Assembly: GCA_000993205.1 (NCBI GenBank)
Contig: LBVU01000003.1
Span: forward strand, 161,008 to 225,007
Reading direction: 5' to 3'
From: Candidatus Woesebacteria bacterium GW2011_GWB1_39_10
Lineage (GTDB): Bacteria > Patescibacteriota > Microgenomatia > UBA8517
DNA length: 64,000 bases
Part shown: positions 44,365 through 53,748 of the stretch, one piece after another
Layout of the letters: every line of letters starts with the position of its first letter
How positions within the stretch are numbered: position 1 is the first letter of the stretch
The notes under the pieces: model-generated
Told to the model about the DNA's origin: nothing
Database searches by the model: none
The model's input: the letters and a program-made list of their open reading frames with translations, nothing else
Program-made: the position numbers and the translations under genes

Positions 44365-46209
44365 ATGTTTGAGATTGTTAGTGCAAAATTAACAGGAGTT
44401 CCGAAAGGACCCGGATGGGCCGAGTCCTATGATTTTGTACCCGAAGGTATTGAGCAGAAATCTCTCCGCGGACACTTATTTGTCGTCTTGTCTACTTCGC
44501 AAGTTGAAGGCCACGGTGTTGAAACTATTTCTGTCGGGCGTACCCTAATAGCGAAATTCCGGGAGGATTATTTTGATGACTTAACAATAAAAGCATTTAA
44601 CGCCCTCAAGTCTGCGGTAGAAAATTTGGCCAAGGGTTTTAAAGAATCATGGGGAGATGTGGAAATAGCGGCGGCAAGCATTTGCGGCGACGTTGTTTAT
44701 TCTGCCGCGGTGGGTGGGGCGGAGGTAATAATTTGCAGAGGGGGGTCAATCGGAACAATTCTGAAAAGTGTTGGTAGCGAGACGATTGTTTCTTCAGGTT
44801 TTCCTAAAGAGGGAGATGTAATGCTTATCGGAACCAAATCTTTTTATGATGGAACCTCACCCGGCATTATTAAGGCTGCTCTTTCGGCTGAAAGCCCCGA
44901 ATCGGCAATTGAGATATTTACCCCCGGAAACCCGGCAGCCATAGTTCTCCGGTTTTCTCAGGAACAGGTCAAGGTATTTGAAACTACTCCAATTATAAAT
45001 AGTTTCAGCCTACCTCAGAAAAGTTTCAAACAAAAAGTGTTCAACACAATTGCCGTATTTTTGAAAAAATTACCTCAAAAACAACTTTATGTGAAAAACG
45101 AAGTAAATGACGAATACTCGTCACAAAACAAAAAATTGACTTTTTCGGTGGCTTTAATCCTTATTTTTATTCTGGCTGTAAGTATAGGGTTTGGAATAAG
45201 GCAGAAAAAAATTAACGATGTTAAAAGCAAATATCAGGGAATCCTCCAACAAGTTCAAAGTGAGATAGATGAAGCAATTAGTTTGGCAAGTGTAAGCCCC
45301 GAAAGGTCGAGGGAACTTTTTTACGATGCCGAACAAAAACTCGCTTCGATTGAGGACCTTAAGATAAAGGATCCAAAATACGATGATATAAGAAAAAAAA
45401 TAGATTCAAGCCGGGCCTCAATTTTGGGCGAGTTTTTAGCTACCCCGGAACTTTTCTTGGACTTGGGACTTCTTTCCTCTGGATTTAAAGGAGATGCGTT
45501 AACTGTATCGGGAGGAAATATTTTTATTTTGGATAAAGCTGGCAAAAGGATTGTTAGTATTGCCATTTCTACAAAGAAAAGTAAGGTGGTGGCAGGCCCG
45601 GGAGTGATTGACGAGGCTTTCGACCTTGCCTCCTATGAGGATAGAGCATTTATTTTGGCAGGCGACGGAGTTTACGAAGTTGATAAGCAAAAGAACAAGG
45701 TTATTGAAAAAAGTTGGGAGGGAAAAGCTTTAATAAAAGCGTTTGCTGGTAATATTTATGTGCTGGATGAGTCCGGTAATCAAATATACAGGTACGCCGG
45801 AGTTGGGGGAGCTTTTCCCAATAAAACAAACTGGTTGTCGGCAAGCATCAAGGCCGATTTTTCGGGAGTTAGACAATGGGTGATAGACGGAGCGGTTTAT
45901 ACGCTTTTCCCCAATTCAAAAATTTTGAAATATAGTCAGGGAAGCCCCCAGAGCTTTAGAATTATCGGTGTTACCCCTGAAATTGGCAACGTCGACGCCA
46001 TGTTTGCAGGAGACGATACCCAATACATCTATTTGCTCGACCGCGCCGGTAAAAGAGTGGTGGTTACGGATAAAAAGGGAACATATAAAGCCCAGTATCT
46101 AAGCGAATCTATTTCCGGAGCCTCCAACGTTATAGTATCTGAAGCTGACAAAAAGATAATACTTCTGACCGGGGACAAGCTTTTCTCGATTGAGATCAGG
46201 CACATTTGA
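44365..46209 (+). CDS. hypothetical bitopic protein (cytoplasmic N-domain, one TM at about residue 250, repeat-rich extracytoplasmic C-domain)
   Basis: TM LTFSVALILIFILAVSIGFGI; the C-terminal region has recurring GN.IYVLD / G.RVVVTD-like beta-repeat units; no catalytic motif recognised. Confidence 0.45.
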   Translation: MFEIVSAKLTGVPKGPGWAESYDFVPEGIEQKSLRGHLFVVLSTSQVEGHGVETISVGRTLIAKFREDYFDDLTIKAFNALKSAVENLAKGFKESWGDVEIAAASICGDVVYSAAVGGAEVIICRGGSIGTILKSVGSETIVSSGFPKEGDVMLIGTKSFYDGTSPGIIKAALSAESPESAIEIFTPGNPAAIVLRFSQEQVKVFETTPIINSFSLPQKSFKQKVFNTIAVFLKKLPQKQLYVKNEVNDEYSSQNKKLTFSVALILIFILAVSIGFGIRQKKINDVKSKYQGILQQVQSEIDEAISLASVSPERSRELFYDAEQKLASIEDLKIKDPKYDDIRKKIDSSRASILGEFLATPELFLDLGLLSSGFKGDALTVSGGNIFILDKAGKRIVSIAISTKKSKVVAGPGVIDEAFDLASYEDRAFILAGDGVYEVDKQKNKVIEKSWEGKALIKAFAGNIYVLDESGNQIYRYAGVGGAFPNKTNWLSASIKADFSGVRQWVIDGAVYTLFPNSKILKYSQGSPQSFRIIGVTPEIGNVDAMFAGDDTQYIYLLDRAGKRVVVTDKKGTYKAQYLSESISGASNVIVSEADKKIILLTGDKLFSIEIRHI

Positions 46210-46224
46210 TGTACAATCTTAAGT

Positions 46225-46686
46225 ATGAAGATGTTTAATAAGCGCGCCAGATTTGAGTATGAACTCATGGGAGAGGGGATTGAGGCCGGTATTTCCCTAA
46301 AGGGAGCTGAGGCTAAGTCTATCCGTGAGAACCGTGGGGATATCTCCAGATCTAGCGTGAGAATCCTAAACGGGGAGGCTTATTTAATTAATGCAAACAT
46401 ACCGGCCACCGGAATTCAGAAATACGATCCGACGAGGACACGCAAGCTCTTGTTGCATAAAAGGGAAATAATCTCTATTTTGACAAAAGCCAAGCAGCAA
46501 AAGTTGCAAATCGTGCCTGTTAGGGTGTATAATAAGCGTAGCTTGCGACCCAATGGTCGTAAAAGCCGCTTAATCAAGATTTATCTGGAACTCGGCAAGT
46601 CAAAACGCAAGTTCGAAAAGAAAGAGTCAATTAAGCTAAAAGACGTCCAAAGGGACATCGAAACAGAGCTTAAAAACTCTGTGTAG
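46225..46686 (+). CDS. smpB: SsrA-binding protein SmpB
   Basis: NKRARFEYELMGEGIEAGISLKGAEAKSIRENRGDIS..., followed directly by tmRNA. Confidence 0.85.
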   Translation: MKMFNKRARFEYELMGEGIEAGISLKGAEAKSIRENRGDISRSSVRILNGEAYLINANIPATGIQKYDPTRTRKLLLHKREIISILTKAKQQKLQIVPVRVYNKRSLRPNGRKSRLIKIYLELGKSKRKFEKKESIKLKDVQRDIETELKNSV

Positions 46687-46689
46687 TGA

Positions 46690-47059
46690 GGGGACGATCG
46701 GTTTCGACGAGAGCTCTTTAACAAAACTGCAAGCGGACTTTTATCTGTAGTCCTTAAAAATTGATTAAAAAACAAAAGCTAAATCTTATGATTCAGCTTC
46801 TGATTACGCGGGCAATTTTGCCTTCGCATAATCGGTGTCCTTTAATTTGATTCTCGACCGAATTAAATGGGCATAAACCCGTTCGGGATGCTGTTTGAAT
46901 CTTAACGATTTAAAGATTCACGCAAAAGACAAATAAATCTTACATCGAGCGTTCCTGTTGGCTGGATAAGCTCGATGAAAATTTAAAAACCAAATAAGCT
47001 TGTAGATGTTTTGTTTTAATGTTTTTCGGACGCGGGTTCGATTCCCGCCGTCTCCACAC
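46690..47059 (+). ncRNA. ssrA: tmRNA (SsrA)
   Basis: 5' GGGGACGAUCGGUUUCGACG; 3' tRNA-like end GGACGCGGGUUCGAUUCCCGCCGUCUCCA pairing with the 5' acceptor strand. Candidate tag reading frame from GCU (46778) to UAA (46829-46831) encoding AKSYDSASDYAGNFAFA. Ends are approximate. Confidence 0.8.
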
Positions 47060-47063
47060 ATAG

Positions 47064-47092
47064 AAATCCAGGATTTAATCCTGGATTTTTTG
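47064..47092 (+). terminator. rho-independent terminator after tmRNA
   Basis: aaatccagg-attta-cctggattt followed by TTTTTT. Confidence 0.6.
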
Positions 47093-47218
47093 TGTTTGGA
47101 GGGAAGAGAATTTATTCGATGGTGAAATTTTGCGACTCCGAAATCTTTAAATGAAGGACAAAGCAAACTGAGACATATGAAATTTCCGAATTTCATATTC
47201 CCGATGATAGTATAAGTA

Positions 47219-47893
47219 GTGTCACTTCTTGATCTAATTTTTCCCAAAACCTGCCTTTCCTGCGGGAAAGAGGGCAAATACATTTGTGAGAACTGTCTTG
47301 GAAAGGCCCGAATTTTAAAGCCTGCGTGCCCCTATTGCGAGAAACCTTCAATTGACGGATTTACTCATACTAAATGTGGGAAAAAGTATGGTTTGGACGG
47401 CTTAACTTCTTTCTGGAAATATGAAGGCGTATTAAAAAAAGCAATTTGGGCATTGAAATTTAAATATGCCACCCAAGTTGGAGGTGAACTGGCCAGCATT
47501 CTTGTCCGGGAGCTCGTGACAGGGTCGCACCCTGTCAATGGCACACTGGTTCCTATACCAATATATTGGCAGAGGGAAAACGTTCGGGGATTTAATCAAT
47601 CGGAAGAAATTGGGAAGCTTATTGCTAAAGAAATGGGGTGGAAATTTATCCCGGATTTATTAATAAAAAATAAATCAACAAAATCTCAAGTTGAGTTGAC
47701 CGTTGAGGGCCGCAAGCAAAATCTTCGCGGCGTTTTTTGTATTGATCCCTATCATAAATCTGCAATCTTAAATCTTAAATCTGTTATTTTGTTCGACGAT
47801 GTCTTCACCACCGGCTCCACCCTTAAGGAGGCTGCTAAAGTGTTAAAGAGGGCGGGAGTTGAAAAAGTGTGGGGGATGACGATTGCAAGATGA
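47219..47893 (+). CDS. comF: ComF-family phosphoribosyltransferase-domain protein
   Basis: N-terminal Cys clusters (CLSCG...CENC...CPYC) and C-terminal PRTase motif VILFDDVFTTGSTLKEAAKVL; GTG start. Confidence 0.7.
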   Translation: MSLLDLIFPKTCLSCGKEGKYICENCLGKARILKPACPYCEKPSIDGFTHTKCGKKYGLDGLTSFWKYEGVLKKAIWALKFKYATQVGGELASILVRELVTGSHPVNGTLVPIPIYWQRENVRGFNQSEEIGKLIAKEMGWKFIPDLLIKNKSTKSQVELTVEGRKQNLRGVFCIDPYHKSAILNLKSVILFDDVFTTGSTLKEAAKVLKRAGVEKVWGMTIAR

Positions 47894-48117
47894 TTGCTTA
47901 TCTTTCTGATTTATTTCCTACAGATCTTACTGCTTTGGCATTAGGACTAGAGGGCTGGACAATCCCATTAACGTTAGGATTTTTAATAGCCCTTTTTAGA
48001 AATTCGATCTCTTTTTCTCCTGCGCGTTTAGAAAAAACAGCCTCAAAAACTGGAAGCTCAGTTGTCATTGTTTGAATTTACATCTATTTAACCCGTTTAA
48101 TATATATAATTTGTTTG

Positions 48118-48205
48118 CGGTGAGGGTGGGATTCGGACCCACGGTAGGGAAAAACCCTACAAAGGTTTTCAAGACCTTCGCACTAGACCGCTATGCGACC
48201 TCACC
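48118..48205 (-). tRNA. tRNA-Ser (anticodon UGA)
   Basis: Hand-folded: acceptor GGUGAGG/CCUCACC, anticodon loop CUUGAAA, long variable arm, T-loop UUCGAAU, discriminator G; CCA not encoded. Confidence 0.75.
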
Positions 48206-48328
48206 TCGTCGAAATGGATTTCGCTTTCGAGTTTACCGCTATCGCTGAAACTCTATCGCTTCATCATTTCTCCTCTCAAAATTTCTAATGAAATTTTGTT
48301 GCTATTCTTCAGTTTAGCTTCGACGCGG

Positions 48329-48416
48329 CGGAGGAGGCGGGATTCGAACCCACGCGAGTCTATTAGACTCAGAAGTTTAGCGAACTTCCGCAATGGACCA
48401 GCTATGCGACTCCTCC
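48329..48416 (-). tRNA. tRNA-Ser (anticodon GCU, with an unusual C at position 33)
   Basis: Acceptor GGAGGAG/CUCCUCC, anticodon stem GAAGU/ACUUC with loop UCGCUAA, long variable arm, T-arm GUGGG-UUCGAAU-CCCGC. Confidence 0.6.
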
Positions 48417-48463
48417 AATTACACTCTGCAATTATATCAGGTTTTGGGGTATAATACGTTCAT

Positions 48464-48997
48464 ATGGATCCTGCCAAAGATCAAGAAAGTCAGCCACAAG
48501 CTGTGGTTGTTAGGCGCGAACCCGAGAGGGAATTGGTCAGCTGGACCGCGCCAGCCCGCCCATTTAAGCGGCGTGATAAACAATTTTTTGTGACAGTTTT
48601 TGCGATGGCCGGGATTTTGGGATTGGTACTTTTTTTTGCTGAAGGGTTTATGCCCGTACTTTTAATTATTGCGCTTGTTTTTTTGTATTATGTTCTTTCT
48701 ACGGTGGAGCCGGAAAGAATCGAATACAAAATAACCAGTAAAGGGATAAAAATCGGTAGCAAATTGACCGAATGGAGCTTTTTGAATAGATTTTGGTTTA
48801 CCAAAAGGTTCGATCAGGAACTGATGGTTATCGATACGGGTTTGATTCCGGGAAGAATCGAGATGGTTGTGGATCTGGCAGTAAAAGAAAAAATTACAAA
48901 AGAGATCTCTGCCTACCTGCCGCTTGAAGAAATGCCCGCATCCGGAATTGATAAATTTACGGATTGGATAGGGAAAAAGCTGCCAGGAAATAGTTAA
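48464..48997 (+). CDS. hypothetical two-TM membrane protein
   Basis: 177 aa, central hydrophobic hairpin FFVTVFAMAGILGLVLFFAEGFMPVLLIIALVFLYYVL. Confidence 0.4.
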   Translation: MDPAKDQESQPQAVVVRREPERELVSWTAPARPFKRRDKQFFVTVFAMAGILGLVLFFAEGFMPVLLIIALVFLYYVLSTVEPERIEYKITSKGIKIGSKLTEWSFLNRFWFTKRFDQELMVIDTGLIPGRIEMVVDLAVKEKITKEISAYLPLEEMPASGIDKFTDWIGKKLPGNS

Positions 48998-49012
48998 ATT
49001 ACTAGTAGACTC

Positions 49013-49086
49013 GTACCCGTAGCTTAATTGGATTAAGCATCAGGTTGCGGACCTGAAGATTGTGAGTCCGAGTCTCACCGGGTACA
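49013..49086 (+). tRNA. tRNA-Arg (anticodon read as GCG)
   Basis: Acceptor GUACCCG/CGGGUAC, D-stem GCUU/AAGC, anticodon stem UCAGG/CCUGA with loop UUGCGGA, T-loop UCCGAGU (unusual C55), discriminator A. Confidence 0.55.
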
Positions 49087-49139
49087 CACTGGAGGATGGG
49101 CGGGACGGTAACGCGTTGGTTTCGAATCCCGCGTAGAGC

Positions 49140-49224
49140 GGAGGGTTCGCATAGCGGCCAATTGCACGAGTTTCGAAAACTCGAGGGAGTAATCCCTACA
49201 CAGGTTCAAATCCTGTACCCTCCG
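49140..49224 (+). tRNA. tRNA-Ser (anticodon CGA)
   Basis: Acceptor GGAGGGU/ACCCUCC, anticodon stem CGAGU/ACUCG with loop UUCGAAA, long variable arm, T-arm ACAGG-UUCAAAU-CCUGU. Confidence 0.75.
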
Positions 49225-49264
49225 CTCGGTGCGGGACGACTCCTGTATCACGGGACTGAATAAT

Positions 49265-49723
49265 ATGATTACACCAAAACAAAATCAACAAATTTTAATA
49301 GGAATTGCCATTATTTTCAGAGACAACCGTGGAAAGAGGCAGTGGTTTGTAGTTAAACAAAAAGAAGACGGCGAATGGGAGTTGCCAAAGGTGACTGTCA
49401 GGAAAGGCGAATCCTCAGTTCGGGCCGTGATCCGCTTAACCGGAGAGCAAGCCGGAATGGCAACAAAAGTTTTGGAGGAAGCGGGTCGCGCTACCGGAAC
49501 AACCATAGTAAACGGAAAATCCATTTCCCAAAAATTTTATTATTATTTAATGATTCTTAAAGCTGGTGGAGCCGATGCGATAGGTTTTAACGATTTTATT
49601 TGGTTGGAGAACGCCCAGGCAATGAAAAAGGTAACCATTAAGAGGGAAAGGGAAATGTTAAGAAGTGCCAAAGATATACTAAAAGAGTGGGAAAAAACGC
49701 ACAACAAAAAACAACAGTTCTAA
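49265..49723 (+). CDS. NUDIX hydrolase
   Basis: Nudix-box-like GESSVRAVIRLTGEQAGM; ATG at 49265 (ORF-track frame from 49229 overlaps the tRNA). Confidence 0.55.
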   Translation: MITPKQNQQILIGIAIIFRDNRGKRQWFVVKQKEDGEWELPKVTVRKGESSVRAVIRLTGEQAGMATKVLEEAGRATGTTIVNGKSISQKFYYYLMILKAGGADAIGFNDFIWLENAQAMKKVTIKREREMLRSAKDILKEWEKTHNKKQQF

Positions 49724-50208
49724 GAGAGTTCTCTTCCGGTGGAGTAGTCTACGAAAAATTCAAGATTCCAGACTCCAGATTCGAATTTCGGTGGCTTGTT
49801 AGATCTACCACGCCAAGTACGCTCTTCCCCGAAAAATATTGGACTCTTCCAAAGGGATGGTTGGATGATGAGAGTGAAGGAATTCCGGGCCCTATGGCCA
49901 GTGGAATCAAAAAAGCAGATGAAAAAACTCTTCGAGAAACGGCCCTACGAGAAGTAAGAGAAGAAGGTGGGGTTGAAGCTAAAATAGTTGGTAAAATTGG
50001 TACCTCTACCTTTTTTTATACACATCCGGCCCGCGGAAAAATTATGAAGTTTGTAACATTTTATTTGATGGAATATTTGCGCAATTTGCCGGAAGGGTTT
50101 GATGGTGAAACCTCGGAAGTTGCATGGCTTGCGTACGATGAAGCATACAAAAGATTATCGTTCACAAAGGAAAAAGAAATACTTAAAAAGGCGAAAGATC
50201 TTCAGTAA
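49687..50208 (+). CDS. NUDIX hydrolase, second copy
   Basis: WTLPKGWLDDESEG...TLRETALREVREEGGVEAKIV (Nudix box REx2EExGU). Confidence 0.6.
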   Translation: MGKNAQQKTTVLREFSSGGVVYEKFKIPDSRFEFRWLVRSTTPSTLFPEKYWTLPKGWLDDESEGIPGPMASGIKKADEKTLRETALREVREEGGVEAKIVGKIGTSTFFYTHPARGKIMKFVTFYLMEYLRNLPEGFDGETSEVAWLAYDEAYKRLSFTKEKEILKKAKDLQ

Positions 50209-50284
50209 AGAACTGTCCTAATTTTTACGACTTTTTACAAATTAAGTCAATACTTGAAAAGAATATTTTGCTTTCTATAATAAG

Positions 50285-52294
50285 GTGGAAATGAAAGAAA
50301 GATTACCAGAGCTGCAACTTAAATTTATTGACAAAGGTCGCCCGACTTTTGACAAGGTTCAGGTAAAACTTGACAATCTTCATCGTTTAAAACAAGAAAT
50401 TGACGATGATATGAGTTTGCTGTGCGATTCGGTCGAGCTAAATATAAAGTTTGATGAACCTGTCAGAATAATTCCTATTTCTGACACACACCTTTTTGCT
50501 GTGCAAACAGATACAACCAAGGCCAACGAACTTCTTGGCAAACTTCGGGAGCTAAACACATTCGGTATTATTATGGGGGACTTTATCGAGGGAGCAAACC
50601 CAAAGATTGTCGACCATATTAATAATGTAGAGATAGGATTTACCCAGCAGGTAATAGCGGCAAAGAAGATAATTGAACCTTTTGTTAAAACAGGAAAGAT
50701 AATTTGTATGGTGGGAACCTTTACCGGACACGAAGGTTGGGGGGACACGACATTGGGACTAGATGTTGTTCAATTGATTGCACATGGTTTCAGTCAACCT
50801 GACGGCACCGATTTGAAAGTTTTGTATAACGGGGGGAAACTGATTATCCATCTTAACAACGGAGTAACTTATTCACAGCTGATCTACCATGCTCCAGGCG
50901 GGGGTGGATCAGATGAGATCAACCCCCTTGGTGCCCAGAGGAACCGTCTTTGGGAGCATATTAGCCATCGTGGCCCTACAGATGGAGCAGGTGGTGGCGA
51001 TTGGCACCATAGAGCGGGGGTTTCTAAAGAAACGGTGTTCGATTTAAAAGATGGAAAAGAAAGGAGCCATCTTCTGTTTTCAAACGGGACATCAAAAGGG
51101 AACGACCCGAATAGGCCCGATACCTTTTTAACTAAGATGGCGAAAGGGCCGACTCTGGCACCCGGGGTCCAACTAATTCTTAACCAACCGGCACGACAAA
51201 AAAATGACGGCAGAAACGGAGAATATGCTTGGTTGTCTTATGGATTTAATAAAGGCGAGATTTTGTATGAGGCGGCTAAGTTGTTGGATAAAACTGAAAA
51301 ACAGAAAAAAACAGGAGAATTAATTGAAGAAATAATAGACAGATCAAGAAAGCCCAAAGCAGAATTTGACAGGAAAAGTTCCAGGACAAAAATCAAAGAC
51401 AATCAGTTTGATACTCCCATGTTCGAAAACTTCAAATGGAAATTTGAGGACTCCGGCAGTATCCCGAGGATGGTATTTCTTTTGGCGGGAGCCAGATATT
51501 CAAGTACCAGTTTTGAAAAAAGGGACAAAGAGAAGTTATTTGAAATTGTCAAACAAATAGAAAGTAATCCTTTTCAATACGGTCTTGTAATGAGACATTT
51601 TATTGATCCGGATGTGGCCAAAATGTACAGCAGGGATTATGTCTTGGATCGGATGATTAATGACCTTTCGCCGATTGTTAACAAAGACCGGCTTTTAGGT
51701 TTTATGATGTCCTCCAGTTTATTGGACGACAGATGGAAGAAAGATGTTTTGGGAAATGTCATAAAAATTAAAGACAGTAGGGGAAAAATTCATTTTGAGA
51801 GAGAAAGGAAGTCTCGTTTGTATCCGGGAACTTATATTTATAGGGCGTTTTCCAAAAAAGTGCCTTTGTATCTTAACCAATCCTTGATGTATTTGGATTT
51901 CGGAAAGGCCTCATATGAATTTTTGCTTATGGACCATTTAGCCAACTCCGGAAGCGAATTTGACCCCTTTAGGGGTTTGGTGCAGGCCAGACGCAAGGCA
52001 CTCTTGAGATCCGATGTTGTTGCAGGCGGACACATGCTGGGTGGAGGTTTTATGACTACACCGGATGCAGATTATGTTGCCCCGGGCTGGTTTTCTGAAT
52101 ACGATTCCGGAGGAAAATCCAACAAAAAGAGGGCGCCGTTGGGGGGGCAGGCAGTGATCCTTTTCCCGGATCAGAAATTGGTTATTCCAACATCAACCTT
52201 GTTGGAGTCGGTAGATACCCATGAGGCATTAATTCTTCTAAAAGGACTGAGAAAAGAAGAAAAAGAGAAGATAATGAGTAAGAAAGTTAGATAA
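50285..52294 (+). CDS. calcineurin-like metallophosphoesterase domain protein with a 400-aa C-terminal extension of unknown function
   Basis: Motifs in order: IPISDTHL (DxH), IIMGDFIEG (GDxxD-like), VGTFTGHEGW (GNHE-like), GGDWHHRAG (GH.H). Confidence 0.5.
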   Translation: MEMKERLPELQLKFIDKGRPTFDKVQVKLDNLHRLKQEIDDDMSLLCDSVELNIKFDEPVRIIPISDTHLFAVQTDTTKANELLGKLRELNTFGIIMGDFIEGANPKIVDHINNVEIGFTQQVIAAKKIIEPFVKTGKIICMVGTFTGHEGWGDTTLGLDVVQLIAHGFSQPDGTDLKVLYNGGKLIIHLNNGVTYSQLIYHAPGGGGSDEINPLGAQRNRLWEHISHRGPTDGAGGGDWHHRAGVSKETVFDLKDGKERSHLLFSNGTSKGNDPNRPDTFLTKMAKGPTLAPGVQLILNQPARQKNDGRNGEYAWLSYGFNKGEILYEAAKLLDKTEKQKKTGELIEEIIDRSRKPKAEFDRKSSRTKIKDNQFDTPMFENFKWKFEDSGSIPRMVFLLAGARYSSTSFEKRDKEKLFEIVKQIESNPFQYGLVMRHFIDPDVAKMYSRDYVLDRMINDLSPIVNKDRLLGFMMSSSLLDDRWKKDVLGNVIKIKDSRGKIHFERERKSRLYPGTYIYRAFSKKVPLYLNQSLMYLDFGKASYEFLLMDHLANSGSEFDPFRGLVQARRKALLRSDVVAGGHMLGGGFMTTPDADYVAPGWFSEYDSGGKSNKKRAPLGGQAVILFPDQKLVIPTSTLLESVDTHEALILLKGLRKEEKEKIMSKKVR

Positions 52295-52333
52295 CTTCGA
52301 AACCTTCCTTCTTTGATATAATACGCTTTACAA

Positions 52334-52417
52334 GGTGGGGTGTCCGAGTGGTTCAAGGAGCACGATTGGAAATCGTGTGGTCGAAAGGCCTCGCAGGTTC
52401 GAATCCTGTCCCCACCG
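52334..52417 (+). tRNA. tRNA-Ser (anticodon GGA)
   Basis: Acceptor GGUGGGG/CCCCACC, anticodon stem CACGA/UCGUG with loop UUGGAAA, long variable arm, T-arm GCAGG-UUCGAAU-CCUGU. Confidence 0.75.
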
Positions 52418-52418
52418 C

Positions 52419-53156
52419 TTGAAAATAATCTTTCTAAATATCTGGCATGGACACGTCTGGGACAAGCTTCAGGAATTTATATTGGGTGAGGCCGTTACGA
52501 CCGACGCTTTCTGTTTTACTGAGGTTGGCCCCGAGCTTCAAACAAAACTGGCAAATCTTTTACCGGATTACCGACCGTTTTATGACGAATTAATCAGAAC
52601 CGATTATTTAGATGGTGGAATCGACGGACAAGGCATATTTGTCAAAAGCGGTATTAATGTTGAGAACAACGGAAAACAATATGTTTACAAAGTTACTAAA
52701 AAAGATTGCGGAGTGCTCCAGACGATGGAAATTGTAATTAATAGTAGAAGGGTTTTGATAGGCAGTATTCATGGCAAAGCCCAGCCCGGACATAAGTTGG
52801 ATACAAAGGCCAGAATCGCACAATCCAAAAAAACAATTGAGTTTTTTAAAAACAAAAACGGCCCAAAAATCATAGGAGGAGACTTCAATCTAATGCCCGA
52901 CACAAAGAGTATAGAGATGTTTGAGAAAGCGGGGTACCGGAATTTGATTAGCGATTTCAAAATAAAATCTACGAGGAATCATTTTTCCTGGGAGCAGGCC
53001 GAGAGGCAATATAAAGAAAACGGAGATCCGTTTTTTGAACGCCAAGATTTTGCCGATTATGTATTTGTGTCACCTGGTGTAAAAGTTAAAAGTTTTGAAG
53101 TTCCAAATATCGAAATCTCCGACCATTTGCCGTTAATTTTAGATTTTGATATCTAA
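52419..53156 (+). CDS. endonuclease/exonuclease/phosphatase (EEP) family protein
   Basis: IFLNIWHG, GGDFNLMPDT, SDHLPLILDFDI. The ORF-track frame (from 52335) overlaps the tRNA; a TTG at 52419 just after the tRNA is the most plausible start. Confidence 0.55.
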   Translation: MKIIFLNIWHGHVWDKLQEFILGEAVTTDAFCFTEVGPELQTKLANLLPDYRPFYDELIRTDYLDGGIDGQGIFVKSGINVENNGKQYVYKVTKKDCGVLQTMEIVINSRRVLIGSIHGKAQPGHKLDTKARIAQSKKTIEFFKNKNGPKIIGGDFNLMPDTKSIEMFEKAGYRNLISDFKIKSTRNHFSWEQAERQYKENGDPFFERQDFADYVFVSPGVKVKSFEVPNIEISDHLPLILDFDI

Positions 53157-53195
53157 AGTATTGACAATCTGTACAGAATTATGTAATATAAAGAT

Positions 53196-53477
53196 ATGAC
53201 AAAAACGCTATCCATTACTAAAGCCAGAGAGGATCTCACCAACTTGGTCGATCGTGCCAACAGACTTCTTGACGAATTTGTAATAACTGTAAACGGTTCT
53301 CCCGCTGCTGTTATCATGTCTGCCGCAGAGTATGAGTCGTGGAAGGAGACCAACGAGATTATGTCTGACCCTGGTTTGATGAAATCTATTCGAAAAGGAG
53401 AAAAAGAACTTAACGAAGGTAAGGGCCTTGATTGGGAAGAAGTTAAAAAAGAATTAAAGCTAAATGTACAAGATTGA
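53196..53477 (+). CDS. Phd/YefM-family antitoxin
   Basis: ITKAREDLTNLVDRANRLLDEFVITVNGSPAAVIMSAAEYESWKET. Confidence 0.7.
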   Translation: MTKTLSITKAREDLTNLVDRANRLLDEFVITVNGSPAAVIMSAAEYESWKETNEIMSDPGLMKSIRKGEKELNEGKGLDWEEVKKELKLNVQD

Positions 53478-53715
53478 GATCGCTCCACAAGCTAAAAAAC
53501 AGCTTAAAGATTTAAAAATAAGACACAAACTTTCCCTCCTTTCGATAATAGAAGACCTAAAAGACAACCTCTTTGCTGGGAAGGCTCTAACAAGAGATTT
53601 TAGCGGTAAATATTCCTACCGTGTCGGGGTTTACAGAATTATTTATAGAATAAATGTTAAAACTAAACTGGTAGAAATAATTTCTGCTGGTCATAGATCG
53701 ATTGTTTATAATTAG
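53464..53715 (+). CDS. RelE/ParE-family toxin
   Basis: YSYRVGVYRIIYRINVKTKLVEIISAGHR; 14-nt overlap with the antitoxin gene. Confidence 0.65.
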   Translation: MYKIEIAPQAKKQLKDLKIRHKLSLLSIIEDLKDNLFAGKALTRDFSGKYSYRVGVYRIIYRINVKTKLVEIISAGHRSIVYN

Positions 53716-53748
53716 GTATTTCTTCGGGTCTGGTATAATCGATTTAGA

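Noticed and set aside
46918-47283. 121-aa minus-strand ORF
   Set aside because: Lies inside the tmRNA gene and its terminator; spurious.
47869-48075. 68-aa ORF after comF
   Set aside because: Overlaps the comF 3' end, no motif, and ends just before the tRNA-Ser terminator region; probably spurious.
49087-49139. tRNA-like T-arm fragment between tRNA-Arg and tRNA-Ser(CGA)
   Set aside because: Contains a GGUUUCGAAUCCC-like element but no acceptor, D or anticodon stems could be paired; kept only as a possible remnant, not called as a tRNA.
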